Of a stretch of 58,712 bases of DNA, positions 8,118 through 17,124 are shown piece by piece. This DNA comes from Candidatus Heimdallarchaeota archaeon (GTDB lineage: Archaea; Asgardarchaeota; Heimdallarchaeia; Heimdallarchaeales; Heimdallarchaeaceae). The stretch is from positions 1 through 58,712 of the forward strand of contig JAEOSZ010000114.1 of the NCBI GenBank assembly GCA_016840095.1. Direction: 5' to 3'. The notes under the pieces were generated by a model. It saw nothing but the letters and a program-made list of their open reading frames with translations, was not told the origin of the DNA and did not search any database. The stretch's first letter is position 1. Each line of letters begins with the position of its first letter. The position numbers were made by a program, and so were the translations under genes.

Positions 8118-10913
8118 ATGACTGAAGAGAATATTGTAATTATAGTACCTCATACACATTGGGATAGAGAGTGGTATTTACCATTTCAGAATTTTAGAGT
8201 TAAGTTAGTCAATTTAATAGATAATTTACTAGAAATAACCAAACAAAGGGATTATTTCTTTATGCTAGATGGTCAAACAATCGTTTTAGAAGATTATCTT
8301 GAAATTCGTCCGGAAAAGAAAGATGTACTATTATCCTTGATTAGAGATGGAAAAATCGCAGTTGGTCCCTGGTATTTGCTTCCAGATGAATGGTTAATTG
8401 GTCAAGAGAGTTTTATCAGAAACCTTGAAGTAAGTTTAGATATGGCAAATGAATTTAAAATTCCTCTAATGCAGGTAGGATATCTTCCTGATCAATTTGG
8501 TCATTCTAGAGCTGTTCCCCAGATTCTTTCAAATTTGACTTCGTTCAAAGCAGCTGTAATTTGGAGAGGTGTAGGTAATGAAATTAATACTGTACCTTTC
8601 AAATGGAAAAGTGATTTTCATTCTCATGATTCAATTCTAGGAGTCTATATGCCTAAGGGTTATGGAAATGCAGCTGATTTACCAGATAATGATAAGGATC
8701 TCAAGAATTCAATAGTAGAGAAAATTGAAGAGTTAAAACCATTTTCACCTGTACCGATTTATCTTTTAATGTATGGAACTGATCATCAATTTCCTCATCC
8801 AAACATGAACATTTTAGCTAAACTGGTTCAAATTGAAAATACAGAAATTAATCTAAGTTTACTTTCAAACTATGTAGATGAGCTGCAAGATAAGCTTCAA
8901 CAAACAAATTTCATTATCCCAGAATATTCTGGAGAATTTCGATCTTCAGCAAGAGCTCACTTGTTACAAGATACTTACTCTGCTAGGATGTGGATAAAAC
9001 AATGGAATCAAGATATTGAAGATTTACTCGTTCATTATACAGAACCTATTTTTTCCTTTTTCTGGTTATTTAACAACTATAGATATCCAACTTCATATCT
9101 TAATCTTGCATGGAAGTGGTTGCTCAAAAATCAGACACATGATGGAATTTGTGGATGTTCTGTAGATCAAGTACATGAAGAGATGAAATCAAGATTTCAT
9201 TGGGCAGAAAGTTTAGGAGAGTCACAACTCATTGAGCTAGAAGAAAAAATCGGAAGAATGGAAGAAGAAAAAGCTGAATCTAAATTATTTGTTTTCAATC
9301 CAACAAACAATTTTGAAAATTTGTCATATTTTGAGTTCTCAGCTTCTGCAAAAGATTCTATTCAAGGTCTACAAGATAGTTTTGGCAATAATTATCTTGT
9401 CCAGCCTATGAGCTCTTCAGAAGAAGTTCTTTTTGAGAATACTTTTACTCGCTTAATGCTAAAAACTGGATTGAAAATGTTACCTGGTAGGCAAATTACT
9501 GACTTCTACTTGAATGAGGTTTCAATGTCAGATAACATCAATCCTGAGATATGTGATATAACTCTTATATGTGGTAGAGTACCTATAGGAGAATTTGATG
9601 TTGATGATTTGAAAGAACAAGCAATTGAACTAATAAACAGTAAAAAATACAAGAAATTTCATGTGAAAGCAACCTTAGGTACAAAACAAAAGTATGGTGT
9701 TTTAGCTCCTCTTAAAGGATGGAGTTTTAACAGATTTGAAATCAAAGACAATATTAGTTATGTGGAAGTTGATCAAAAACTCATCTCATCAAAGAATAGA
9801 ATTGAAACAAAATTCTATTCATTGAATTTCAATTCAGATGGGACTTTTAATTTGCTAGATAAACAATCGAATACAGAATTTATTCAACTTCACAAGTTTG
9901 AGGATTTTGGTGATAAGGGAGATGAATATACTTTTGGGAGAATAGGACCGGAACAAGTTAAGATAAAGAAAATTAAAAGAAAACTCACAATTAAAGGTCC
10001 TCTATTTAGTGAAATTGAACAAGAAATGGATTTAGAACTTTTTGAAGAATTGAGCGACGATAGAGATAAGAGAGTAGGTTCTGTTATAGTTCCTGTGAGA
10101 ACAATTTTTAGATTTTACAGAGATATTGAGAGAATAGATATCAGAACTATCTTAACAAATTATGCTAAAGATCACAGACTGCGTATCTGCTTTGACTTGC
10201 CTTATTCTTCTCTTGATACCTTAACTTCTACACACTTTGGAGTAGTAAAACGTAAGAGTGATCCAATAGGAGATGAAACCTATGAGGAAGCCCCATCTGG
10301 CATACAGGCTCAGAGAAGATATATTAGAATTGAAGACAATAGTTCAGATCTAGCTTTCTCTCTTTTCAACAAAGGTTTACCAGAGGTCGAGTTAGCAAAC
10401 AATTCTAGACTTGCTCTCACATTGCTAAGATGTGTTGGTTATCTTTCTAGAGCAGACTATGATGAGAGACCTATGCATGCAGGTCCACCTATGGCTACTC
10501 CAGGTGCACAGGAGGTTGGTTCAGAATATACCTTCGATTATAGTTTTCAAATTCATTCAAAGAAAACACCTCATTATGAAACTGATAATCAATCAGAGTC
10601 ATTCTGCTTAAAACCAAAAACAATGGTGATTAAAAATACTGAACTTCAGGAAAAACTATCAGAATCGATTTTGCACATAGTAAATCCTTGGATTCGAATC
10701 TCATCACTACGAAAACGTTATGAGAAATTATGTGTGACCATGTACAACTTAAGTTCAGAAACTGAATCAACAACTCTTCAAGTTAATCAGAAATTTACTA
10801 AGTTGGAACATTGCAAACTTGATGGAACAATTCTCAATCAAAATGAGATTAAAGATAATCAACTAGAATTAAGCTTCAAGCCTTATGAGATAAAAATGTG
10901 TTTCCTCTCTTAA
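8118..10913 (+). CDS. GH38 alpha-mannosidase / mannosylglycerate hydrolase-like
   Basis: HTHWDREWY, LDGQ, PDQFGH and QTHDGICGCSVD motifs; about 930 aa. Confidence 0.92.
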   Translation: MTEENIVIIVPHTHWDREWYLPFQNFRVKLVNLIDNLLEITKQRDYFFMLDGQTIVLEDYLEIRPEKKDVLLSLIRDGKIAVGPWYLLPDEWLIGQESFIRNLEVSLDMANEFKIPLMQVGYLPDQFGHSRAVPQILSNLTSFKAAVIWRGVGNEINTVPFKWKSDFHSHDSILGVYMPKGYGNAADLPDNDKDLKNSIVEKIEELKPFSPVPIYLLMYGTDHQFPHPNMNILAKLVQIENTEINLSLLSNYVDELQDKLQQTNFIIPEYSGEFRSSARAHLLQDTYSARMWIKQWNQDIEDLLVHYTEPIFSFFWLFNNYRYPTSYLNLAWKWLLKNQTHDGICGCSVDQVHEEMKSRFHWAESLGESQLIELEEKIGRMEEEKAESKLFVFNPTNNFENLSYFEFSASAKDSIQGLQDSFGNNYLVQPMSSSEEVLFENTFTRLMLKTGLKMLPGRQITDFYLNEVSMSDNINPEICDITLICGRVPIGEFDVDDLKEQAIELINSKKYKKFHVKATLGTKQKYGVLAPLKGWSFNRFEIKDNISYVEVDQKLISSKNRIETKFYSLNFNSDGTFNLLDKQSNTEFIQLHKFEDFGDKGDEYTFGRIGPEQVKIKKIKRKLTIKGPLFSEIEQEMDLELFEELSDDRDKRVGSVIVPVRTIFRFYRDIERIDIRTILTNYAKDHRLRICFDLPYSSLDTLTSTHFGVVKRKSDPIGDETYEEAPSGIQAQRRYIRIEDNSSDLAFSLFNKGLPEVELANNSRLALTLLRCVGYLSRADYDERPMHAGPPMATPGAQEVGSEYTFDYSFQIHSKKTPHYETDNQSESFCLKPKTMVIKNTELQEKLSESILHIVNPWIRISSLRKRYEKLCVTMYNLSSETESTTLQVNQKFTKLEHCKLDGTILNQNEIKDNQLELSFKPYEIKMCFLS

Positions 10914-10915
10914 TC

Positions 10916-12157
10916 TTATATTGATGGGATTTCTTCTAATTTCTTAGTTAGGTAGGTTTTCCAATCTTTTTTGTAAACTTCTGTTAAAGTATTTTCAAGA
11001 TCTTCAGTTTCTATCTGTATAGCATCTAAAGATAGCTTAGCAAATTTTGAAAGAAAAAGTTTGAATTTATCTTCCCCAATCAACTCAAATATATCATGGA
11101 AGATCAATGATCCATATTTGTAAAAGAGAATATCTGCTTTGTCATGTTGTCTAGTGATCTTCTTTAAAGGAAGTAAATCAGTAGCATTTTTTATCTTATC
11201 TTTGATCTCTTCTAACTGAACGATGTAGAAATCCTCTCCAAGCTCCTGTCGAGAAATAAAAAGAGCAATATAATCACATAAAGCTTCATCTATCCAATTG
11301 TGATATGATTCTACTGAAGTTTTATTGAACCAGAAATGACCAATTTCATGAACCCACTTGAGTAGAAGGATATCACGTTTTTCAGTAATAACTTGATCAG
11401 AAATGTTGTCTGACATAACAATAATTCCTTGACGTGTGATCATACCTCCTGTTTCTCTAGAAACCAAGACTAGGCTGAAATTATCAAGAGGAGGTTTTCC
11501 AAGTATCTCAACTATTGAGTAATAATATCTCTGAAGAAAATCATCTAAAACACTAAATTTATCATAATTTCTTTTTAGTCCCCAAAATCTAGAAAACTTA
11601 TCTTGACTAATAGCTACATCTGTTGGAACACCTACTATATAGAGGTCTACTTTTGGTTCTTCACTGACCCAAATATCACACTGACAATCTTTTAATCTTT
11701 CACTATTCATTATCCAAGACCAGTTTTTAGGTGCTTGAAGCATTAACGAAAAACTAATCCTGTCAGTTATATTCAGAATTGGATAATAAGCAACATATAT
11801 ACCTAATTCTACACCATCTTCAGAAATGTAATTTGTTGACCAAGGATCAGATTCTATCTCTCCTGAATATCTTATTGAAAGGTGAAATTCATCTAAATTT
11901 TGTATTTCATCAGGAAGATCGATTGACCAAATCTTAGCTGTTTTAAGGAAATGGTCTTCACTAACAATTTTCTCTTGGGGAGTAAAATAATACTTCTTAC
12001 CTCTAACCTCTGCATATATTTCCAGCCATTGAAGGTTTTTATTTATCATTAATTCTATACTCGAAGAAGGATTACTTATAGTTAGAAAGGCTGAACCATA
12101 CAAATCAGGTTCCATTGGATTGATTTTTAATTTCAGATCTATCCTAGTAATTTTCAT
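10916..12157 (-). CDS. M1-like (gluzincin) zinc aminopeptidase
   Basis: HEIGH..WF followed by WIDEAL (third Zn ligand), and YKYGSLIF; the exopeptidase motif is degenerate (GGMIT). Confidence 0.85.
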   Translation of the reverse strand: MKITRIDLKLKINPMEPDLYGSAFLTISNPSSSIELMINKNLQWLEIYAEVRGKKYYFTPQEKIVSEDHFLKTAKIWSIDLPDEIQNLDEFHLSIRYSGEIESDPWSTNYISEDGVELGIYVAYYPILNITDRISFSLMLQAPKNWSWIMNSERLKDCQCDIWVSEEPKVDLYIVGVPTDVAISQDKFSRFWGLKRNYDKFSVLDDFLQRYYYSIVEILGKPPLDNFSLVLVSRETGGMITRQGIIVMSDNISDQVITEKRDILLLKWVHEIGHFWFNKTSVESYHNWIDEALCDYIALFISRQELGEDFYIVQLEEIKDKIKNATDLLPLKKITRQHDKADILFYKYGSLIFHDIFELIGEDKFKLFLSKFAKLSLDAIQIETEDLENTLTEVYKKDWKTYLTKKLEEIPSI

Positions 12158-12356
12158 CTTACTGCCTTCCTTTACGTTTTATTATCAATTTTTAAACTCG
12201 ATTCTCCTAGAATAATATATATTTTTCTTGCTTTTAAGACTTCAAATTTGTGAGAAAGGTTTAAATTATTCAGATGTTTTTAGAACATGTTGTAAGAAAC
12301 AATCAATGAATAGACGTTGAATATCAATTCAGCATCAAATAATTTGAGGTTCTAGA

Positions 12357-13109
12357 ATGTCAGTCGATAAATCTAGTATATTAATTATGAAGATATCTGG
12401 ATATTTATTTTTCTCAGTAGGAATTATAGCTTCAATATTGCAATTATTGAATTTTATCGGTATATTCGGATCGTTCGTATCAGTAATGAGTATAATAACT
12501 ACATCAATTTTAGCTTTAGCTTTATTGTTCCTCGGAATAACAATGATGACACTAGGACGTTATACAGCAGAAGCGAAGGTTGCTAGTGTATTGCTTTTTG
12601 TATATTTAGTTCTTGATATTCTATCTGTAGCACTAACACTTTTTGATCAAGTATTAGCAATAGTTGCACTAGTTTTTAGTTTCTTAATAAGAATATATAC
12701 TTTCAATATGGTCAATAAAACTTTCAAAATACTTGACCCAAGTTTGCAGTCACCACTTTTTCAAATTTATGGTTGGTTTGGTGTTATCTCACTAACAAGT
12801 GTTATACTGTTAATTTCTTCAACTAATTGGGGTTTAAACCTCTTTTTCACAATATTTGTTATACTTGGAAATATAGGTCTGTTAATTGGTATGGGTCTCA
12901 ATCTTTTAGATAATTCAAAGAATATTCCAGATTTACCCTTAAGAGCACTTGAAGAAAAACTTCCCTTTAGAGACAGATTACGTCTTTATATTTTAGGAGG
13001 AGCATTCGGTACTGCTATTGGTTTTGGATATGTTTTAGCAGCTGTAGGTGTAACTATGGGGCTTTTGTACATAATTATGCTTATACATCAGCTAATCGTT
13101 GGTATCTGA
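12357..13109 (+). CDS. Multi-pass membrane protein of unknown function
   Basis: About 7 hydrophobic helices; shares the LN..F...SP.F..YG motif with 14890..15666. Confidence 0.7.
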   Translation: MSVDKSSILIMKISGYLFFSVGIIASILQLLNFIGIFGSFVSVMSIITTSILALALLFLGITMMTLGRYTAEAKVASVLLFVYLVLDILSVALTLFDQVLAIVALVFSFLIRIYTFNMVNKTFKILDPSLQSPLFQIYGWFGVISLTSVILLISSTNWGLNLFFTIFVILGNIGLLIGMGLNLLDNSKNIPDLPLRALEEKLPFRDRLRLYILGGAFGTAIGFGYVLAAVGVTMGLLYIIMLIHQLIVGI

Positions 13110-14810
13110 TTTACTCTCTTTTTTTTCATTTCTGTAAAAATATAATGTCAATCCTATAATCAGAATTATCACAAAATATATAGCAAAAGCAATTATCCAT
13201 TGCCACCAAACATAACTATTAGCCCAACACAAACAAATAATAGAAACTGAAAGAGTCATAAGAAATGCTATTGGTGCTGATTTTTTAATTACTTCTCCTT
13301 CAATTCCAACCTTATCAATTACTGCAGCTGCATTTTGGATTTTAGCTGGCGAAAGAACGGATGCAAGTCCACCGCCTACACCATTTGCTGTACCCACTGC
13401 AATTGCATTTATTCCTAGTGCAGAAGCCGTGGTTTCATGGTACTTCGTGAACATTGCAATTGCAGATGTTTCAGATCCACTAATAAATCCTCCAAACAGA
13501 CCAATAAATGGTACAATTAGTGGATAATAGTTCCCAAAAATGTAACTTGAAGCACCAGCTAAAGCTGTAGTCATAGTATATCCACTTGGACTAGTTCCAG
13601 ATTCCCATATTATGAAAGCTATACCAAAGAAAATTGCAGCTGCATAAACTGGTCGCAATGAACGTCTCCCCCACACTCTCATTGTTTCTTTCAAATCACT
13701 TTTACCAAATCCGAGAAGCGGAACTGAACACAATGTTGCCACAAATACCCAGAAATATGCATGGGAGAGAAATTTTGTATTTATAGAAAAGCTTCCAATG
13801 TTAATTGTGAAAAGAAGTTTTACGTTAAATAAATCATATAGAAAAGGTATGAAATTTACTAAAGCTACAAAAATTATCAAAAAAATCCATGGAGAAAGAG
13901 CCTTCCAAAGTGGAATGTTTCTGTCAATTTCTTTCTCCTCTTCCGTTAATACTGATGAATCTATAATTTTTATTCTTTTGAGTTTGGCAACACCAATTAA
14001 TGCAAGTCCTGTGACAATTCCAGCTATAACGCCTGTTAATTTAACCATTTCCAGGAAGTTGGCTAAAATTGCTGTTCCACCTGCTGTAATACCAGCTGTT
14101 AAACCAAAAATTATCCCATCTCTGCTGAAGAGAAGCTTTCTTCCTCCTCCTAACCATAACATTCCTAAGGCAATACCAATTGTAACTAAAGGCATGTAAA
14201 ATGAAAAAGCTATTCCAGAACCTACTAGTTCTGTTTCAATTATATGATTACTAAGAAGAGATAACTTATCTATTTGTGATACTAGCAGAGAATCTTTCAT
14301 GAAGAAGGCAAAGAATTCAGCAGGAACGGCAAGTAATGCGTAGGTTGTAAGAGGATCATATCCTATTGCAGGAAGAGCAACTGAAGCAAAAGCTGAATAC
14401 CCCATAGCCATGAGTACTGGTGGAAGCATAGTTACTGGTGTTGCTCCAATTGAAACTAGAAAGCACCCAATGGCTAGATTGATCATCATGATTTGAAAAG
14501 CTTTATTTCCTCCTCCAATTTTCTTAAATGAAACAACTATTTTGTCAAGAGCTCCCGTCTTCTGTTGATACGTTATCATTAGAATAGAAGTCAATACCAT
14601 TAATGATATAGGAAAGGAAGCAACTATTCCTGAAAGAGAAGCGAGGAAAGCATCTTTCCAGTTTGTAAGAAAGTAAAAGATTCCAATAATAAGTATCAAA
14701 GCAAATAGTAATGAACCTACAGTATCAGCTTTGAACTTGAAGAATACCAGTAGAACAATTCCAATTACAAAAGGAACCAGTATTAGAATAACATCTACTG
14801 CTAAACTCAT
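13092..14810 (-). CDS. lctP: L-lactate permease family transporter
   Basis: Polytopic 572 aa; GGFISGSETSA, ANGVGGGLASVLSPAKIQNAAA and EGEVIKK are typical of the LctP family. Confidence 0.85.
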   Translation of the reverse strand: MSLAVDVILILVPFVIGIVLLVFFKFKADTVGSLLFALILIIGIFYFLTNWKDAFLASLSGIVASFPISLMVLTSILMITYQQKTGALDKIVVSFKKIGGGNKAFQIMMINLAIGCFLVSIGATPVTMLPPVLMAMGYSAFASVALPAIGYDPLTTYALLAVPAEFFAFFMKDSLLVSQIDKLSLLSNHIIETELVGSGIAFSFYMPLVTIGIALGMLWLGGGRKLLFSRDGIIFGLTAGITAGGTAILANFLEMVKLTGVIAGIVTGLALIGVAKLKRIKIIDSSVLTEEEKEIDRNIPLWKALSPWIFLIIFVALVNFIPFLYDLFNVKLLFTINIGSFSINTKFLSHAYFWVFVATLCSVPLLGFGKSDLKETMRVWGRRSLRPVYAAAIFFGIAFIIWESGTSPSGYTMTTALAGASSYIFGNYYPLIVPFIGLFGGFISGSETSAIAMFTKYHETTASALGINAIAVGTANGVGGGLASVLSPAKIQNAAAVIDKVGIEGEVIKKSAPIAFLMTLSVSIICLCWANSYVWWQWIIAFAIYFVIILIIGLTLYFYRNEKKESKSDTND

Positions 14811-14826
14811 AAGAGTAGAAAATTAT

Positions 14827-14851
14827 CAGTTGTTATAAATTTTTACAACTG
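14827..14851. promoter_or_regulatory. 7-bp inverted repeat enclosing the lctP TATA box
   Basis: CAGTTGT-TATAAATTTTT-ACAACTG, 17-41 nt upstream of the lctP ATG. Confidence 0.5.
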
Positions 14852-14889
14852 GATTTGAGATAAGAGAAAAAGGAGAAGAAAAGAAAATT

Positions 14890-15666
14890 TTATCTTTTAA
14901 CCCCGCATTCTGAACAAAAAGCATCTGAATCTAATATCTTATTCCCACAATTTTGGCAGTAGATTACTTCCTTTGATTCCTCAGTAGTATAATACTTAGC
15001 ACTTGGTTGATCTGGACTATCTGCAACTGGTGATTTAAAAGTCTCACCTGAATATTTCAGTAATTTTTCTGTGTTAAGTATTAGAACTATTCCAACAACT
15101 ATCATAAGAATGAATGTTAGTATCAAATCAATCCATAGAACTGCCATTAAAGCTCCATAAGATCCTGCAAAAGCAGCTATTATTGCCATTGTGAGTTCTA
15201 CTATACCATAGCCACCATATAGAAAGAAAGCTGGTGAATCTATTTTATGTGAGGGATCGAGTGATCTACTAAATTTCTGAAAAGAGATATTTAGACCTAC
15301 AAATCCTGCTAATTGTGTTATAGCTTGTATTACAGCAAAAACAAGAGTAACTGCAACTGGAACTAACACAAATACCAATATGTTGACCACTATAAGCATT
15401 AGCATAAACGAACCCAATCCAATTCTTGTAAAGTTGAATGTTGATTTTTCATCTGGTCTCAATTCATCCAACTTAACTAAGAAGGATATAAGGAATCCAA
15501 TACTAATTAGAATCATTATCAATCCAAGAACTAGAAAGATAATTATGATTGCTAAAACAGGTATCAAATTTCCTAAAAGTATCAGAAATGATGCAATTAG
15601 GAATAATAAACCTGATGTCTTCATTTGATTTGCTGTAGATGCTTCAATTCTTATATTTTGTAACAT
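14890..15666 (-). CDS. Membrane protein with C-terminal zinc ribbon
   Basis: About 6 TM, then CQNCG...FCSECG; start set to ATG 15666 after GGAG. Confidence 0.8.
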   Translation of the reverse strand: MLQNIRIEASTANQMKTSGLLFLIASFLILLGNLIPVLAIIIIFLVLGLIMILISIGFLISFLVKLDELRPDEKSTFNFTRIGLGSFMLMLIVVNILVFVLVPVAVTLVFAVIQAITQLAGFVGLNISFQKFSRSLDPSHKIDSPAFFLYGGYGIVELTMAIIAAFAGSYGALMAVLWIDLILTFILMIVVGIVLILNTEKLLKYSGETFKSPVADSPDQPSAKYYTTEESKEVIYCQNCGNKILDSDAFCSECGVKR

Positions 15667-15838
15667 GAGAAAATTCTCCAACAATTTTAATACTAAAAAT
15701 GTTATTTAATTGTTTCTGAATCTTGTAGTAGTTCTGAAAATAGAGTATCTGTACTTGCACTTATATTGGCTCTTGTGAATATTTATATAATGATAAGTTA
15801 AAGAAGTTTCAAGTTTAACCAGAATATCGGTGTAATTA

Positions 15839-16321
15839 ATGAGCAAAGAAGAAAGAATAGAGTTTTACAACGAGCAAATGGAAGTAGAAAAGAAAATAGT
15901 TGAAACAGCTCAGAAAGCTGTAAAAGGTATTAAGAATCCATTGGTTAGAGAGATGATACTTGCAGTTGCATTAGATTCTCAAAAGCACGAAACTATGCTG
16001 CAAGCATTACTTGACAGATTAACTGGACCAAGTCCTGCAATTGATGAAAAAGTATCTGAAGAGATTGCTCATGCAATACAAGAACATGTAGAGCTAGAAG
16101 CTCTAGCATTGAAGAAATATAAGGAATATATTGATAATGTATCTTTCCTAGATAATAAGGAGAAGATAGTTATTCGAGCTATCTATGAAGATGAGCTTAG
16201 ACATCATGAATTGATGAAATGGATCTATAAGACCATAGTTGAAAAGGAAACACTAATTGAGGAAGATGTTTGGGATCATATGTGGTCAGATGCTTTTACT
16301 CATGGAACTCCTGGTGGATAG
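15839..16321 (+). CDS. Ferritin-like (rubrerythrin-type) four-helix diiron protein
   Basis: E...DSQKH...E..E...DELRHH diiron pattern. Confidence 0.85.
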   Translation: MSKEERIEFYNEQMEVEKKIVETAQKAVKGIKNPLVREMILAVALDSQKHETMLQALLDRLTGPSPAIDEKVSEEIAHAIQEHVELEALALKKYKEYIDNVSFLDNKEKIVIRAIYEDELRHHELMKWIYKTIVEKETLIEEDVWDHMWSDAFTHGTPGG

Positions 16322-16408
16322 TTATAGTTTCACCTATTTATCCATTCTTTCCATTCTTTGTTAGTAAGATTAAATAATGAAATCTTTTCTGTATACAAGT
16401 GATAGTAA

Positions 16409-17104
16409 ATGAAGATTGATCTTGATTCGGAGAATGAGTGGGGTCATTTCATAGATCCTCATTCCTTTCAAATCGTAGAAATAATTGATGAAGTTCCACT
16501 AGGTTCGTTTGTTGTAATAAAGGAACGAGAATTTATAGAAGATATTGATAGGACTGTTATTCAAACAATCTATGGGATTGTTGAGGAAAAAAAATTCCAA
16601 CCAATGAATAAAAGAGAATTAAGTAAGCTTATGTCTAAGGCTTGCGGGAAATATATCCTAGATTTTAATCAGCTACCTCCTAAAGTCATGGTTAAAAAGA
16701 AACTTCAGATTGACAAACCAGCACAATTGGCGTTTATTATGTCAAATCGCGATACTTTCCATTTGAAACTAGACAAAGATGATTTAGATGGCGGGAATCC
16801 TTATGAAATTATCAATTCTATTATAGAAAATCAAGACTTTAAATCAACAATGTATGATAGAGAAGAGAAGTGGAAGATTGAATATGCAAAAAGCAGTAGA
16901 TCAAAGTGTAGAACTTGTAGTTCTAATATCGAAAAGGATACTGTTAGGTTAGGTGAACCTCATTATTTTGAAGAGCATCTTAATTATCGGTGGCATCATG
17001 AAGATTGTGTTTTCTTCCAAAGAATGGACAAAGAAAACATAAAAGGTCTTGATACCTTAAACGATGAAGATAGAAAAAGAATAGAAGAGAAACTGGATGT
17101 ATAA
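16409..17104 (+). CDS. Protein with C-terminal PARP-type zinc finger (zf-PARP)
   Basis: WKIEYAKSSRSKCRTC...IEKDTVRLG...WHHEDC...IKGLDTLNDEDRKRI matches the PARP1/DNA ligase III CCHC finger pattern. Confidence 0.85.
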   Translation: MKIDLDSENEWGHFIDPHSFQIVEIIDEVPLGSFVVIKEREFIEDIDRTVIQTIYGIVEEKKFQPMNKRELSKLMSKACGKYILDFNQLPPKVMVKKKLQIDKPAQLAFIMSNRDTFHLKLDKDDLDGGNPYEIINSIIENQDFKSTMYDREEKWKIEYAKSSRSKCRTCSSNIEKDTVRLGEPHYFEEHLNYRWHHEDCVFFQRMDKENIKGLDTLNDEDRKRIEEKLDV

Positions 17105-17124
17105 GTCCAGTTATTAATTTTGTT

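Noticed and set aside
12270-12350. Several short hairpins upstream of 12357 as a possible riboswitch or ncRNA
   Set aside because: The stems are only 5-7 bp, AT-rich, and match no RNA family I recognise.
15806-15826. Second copy of the ECF operator upstream of the ferritin-like gene (TTCAAGTT-T-AACCAGAATA)
   Set aside because: The spacer is 1 nt instead of 2 and there are several mismatches; plausible by chance in AT-rich DNA.
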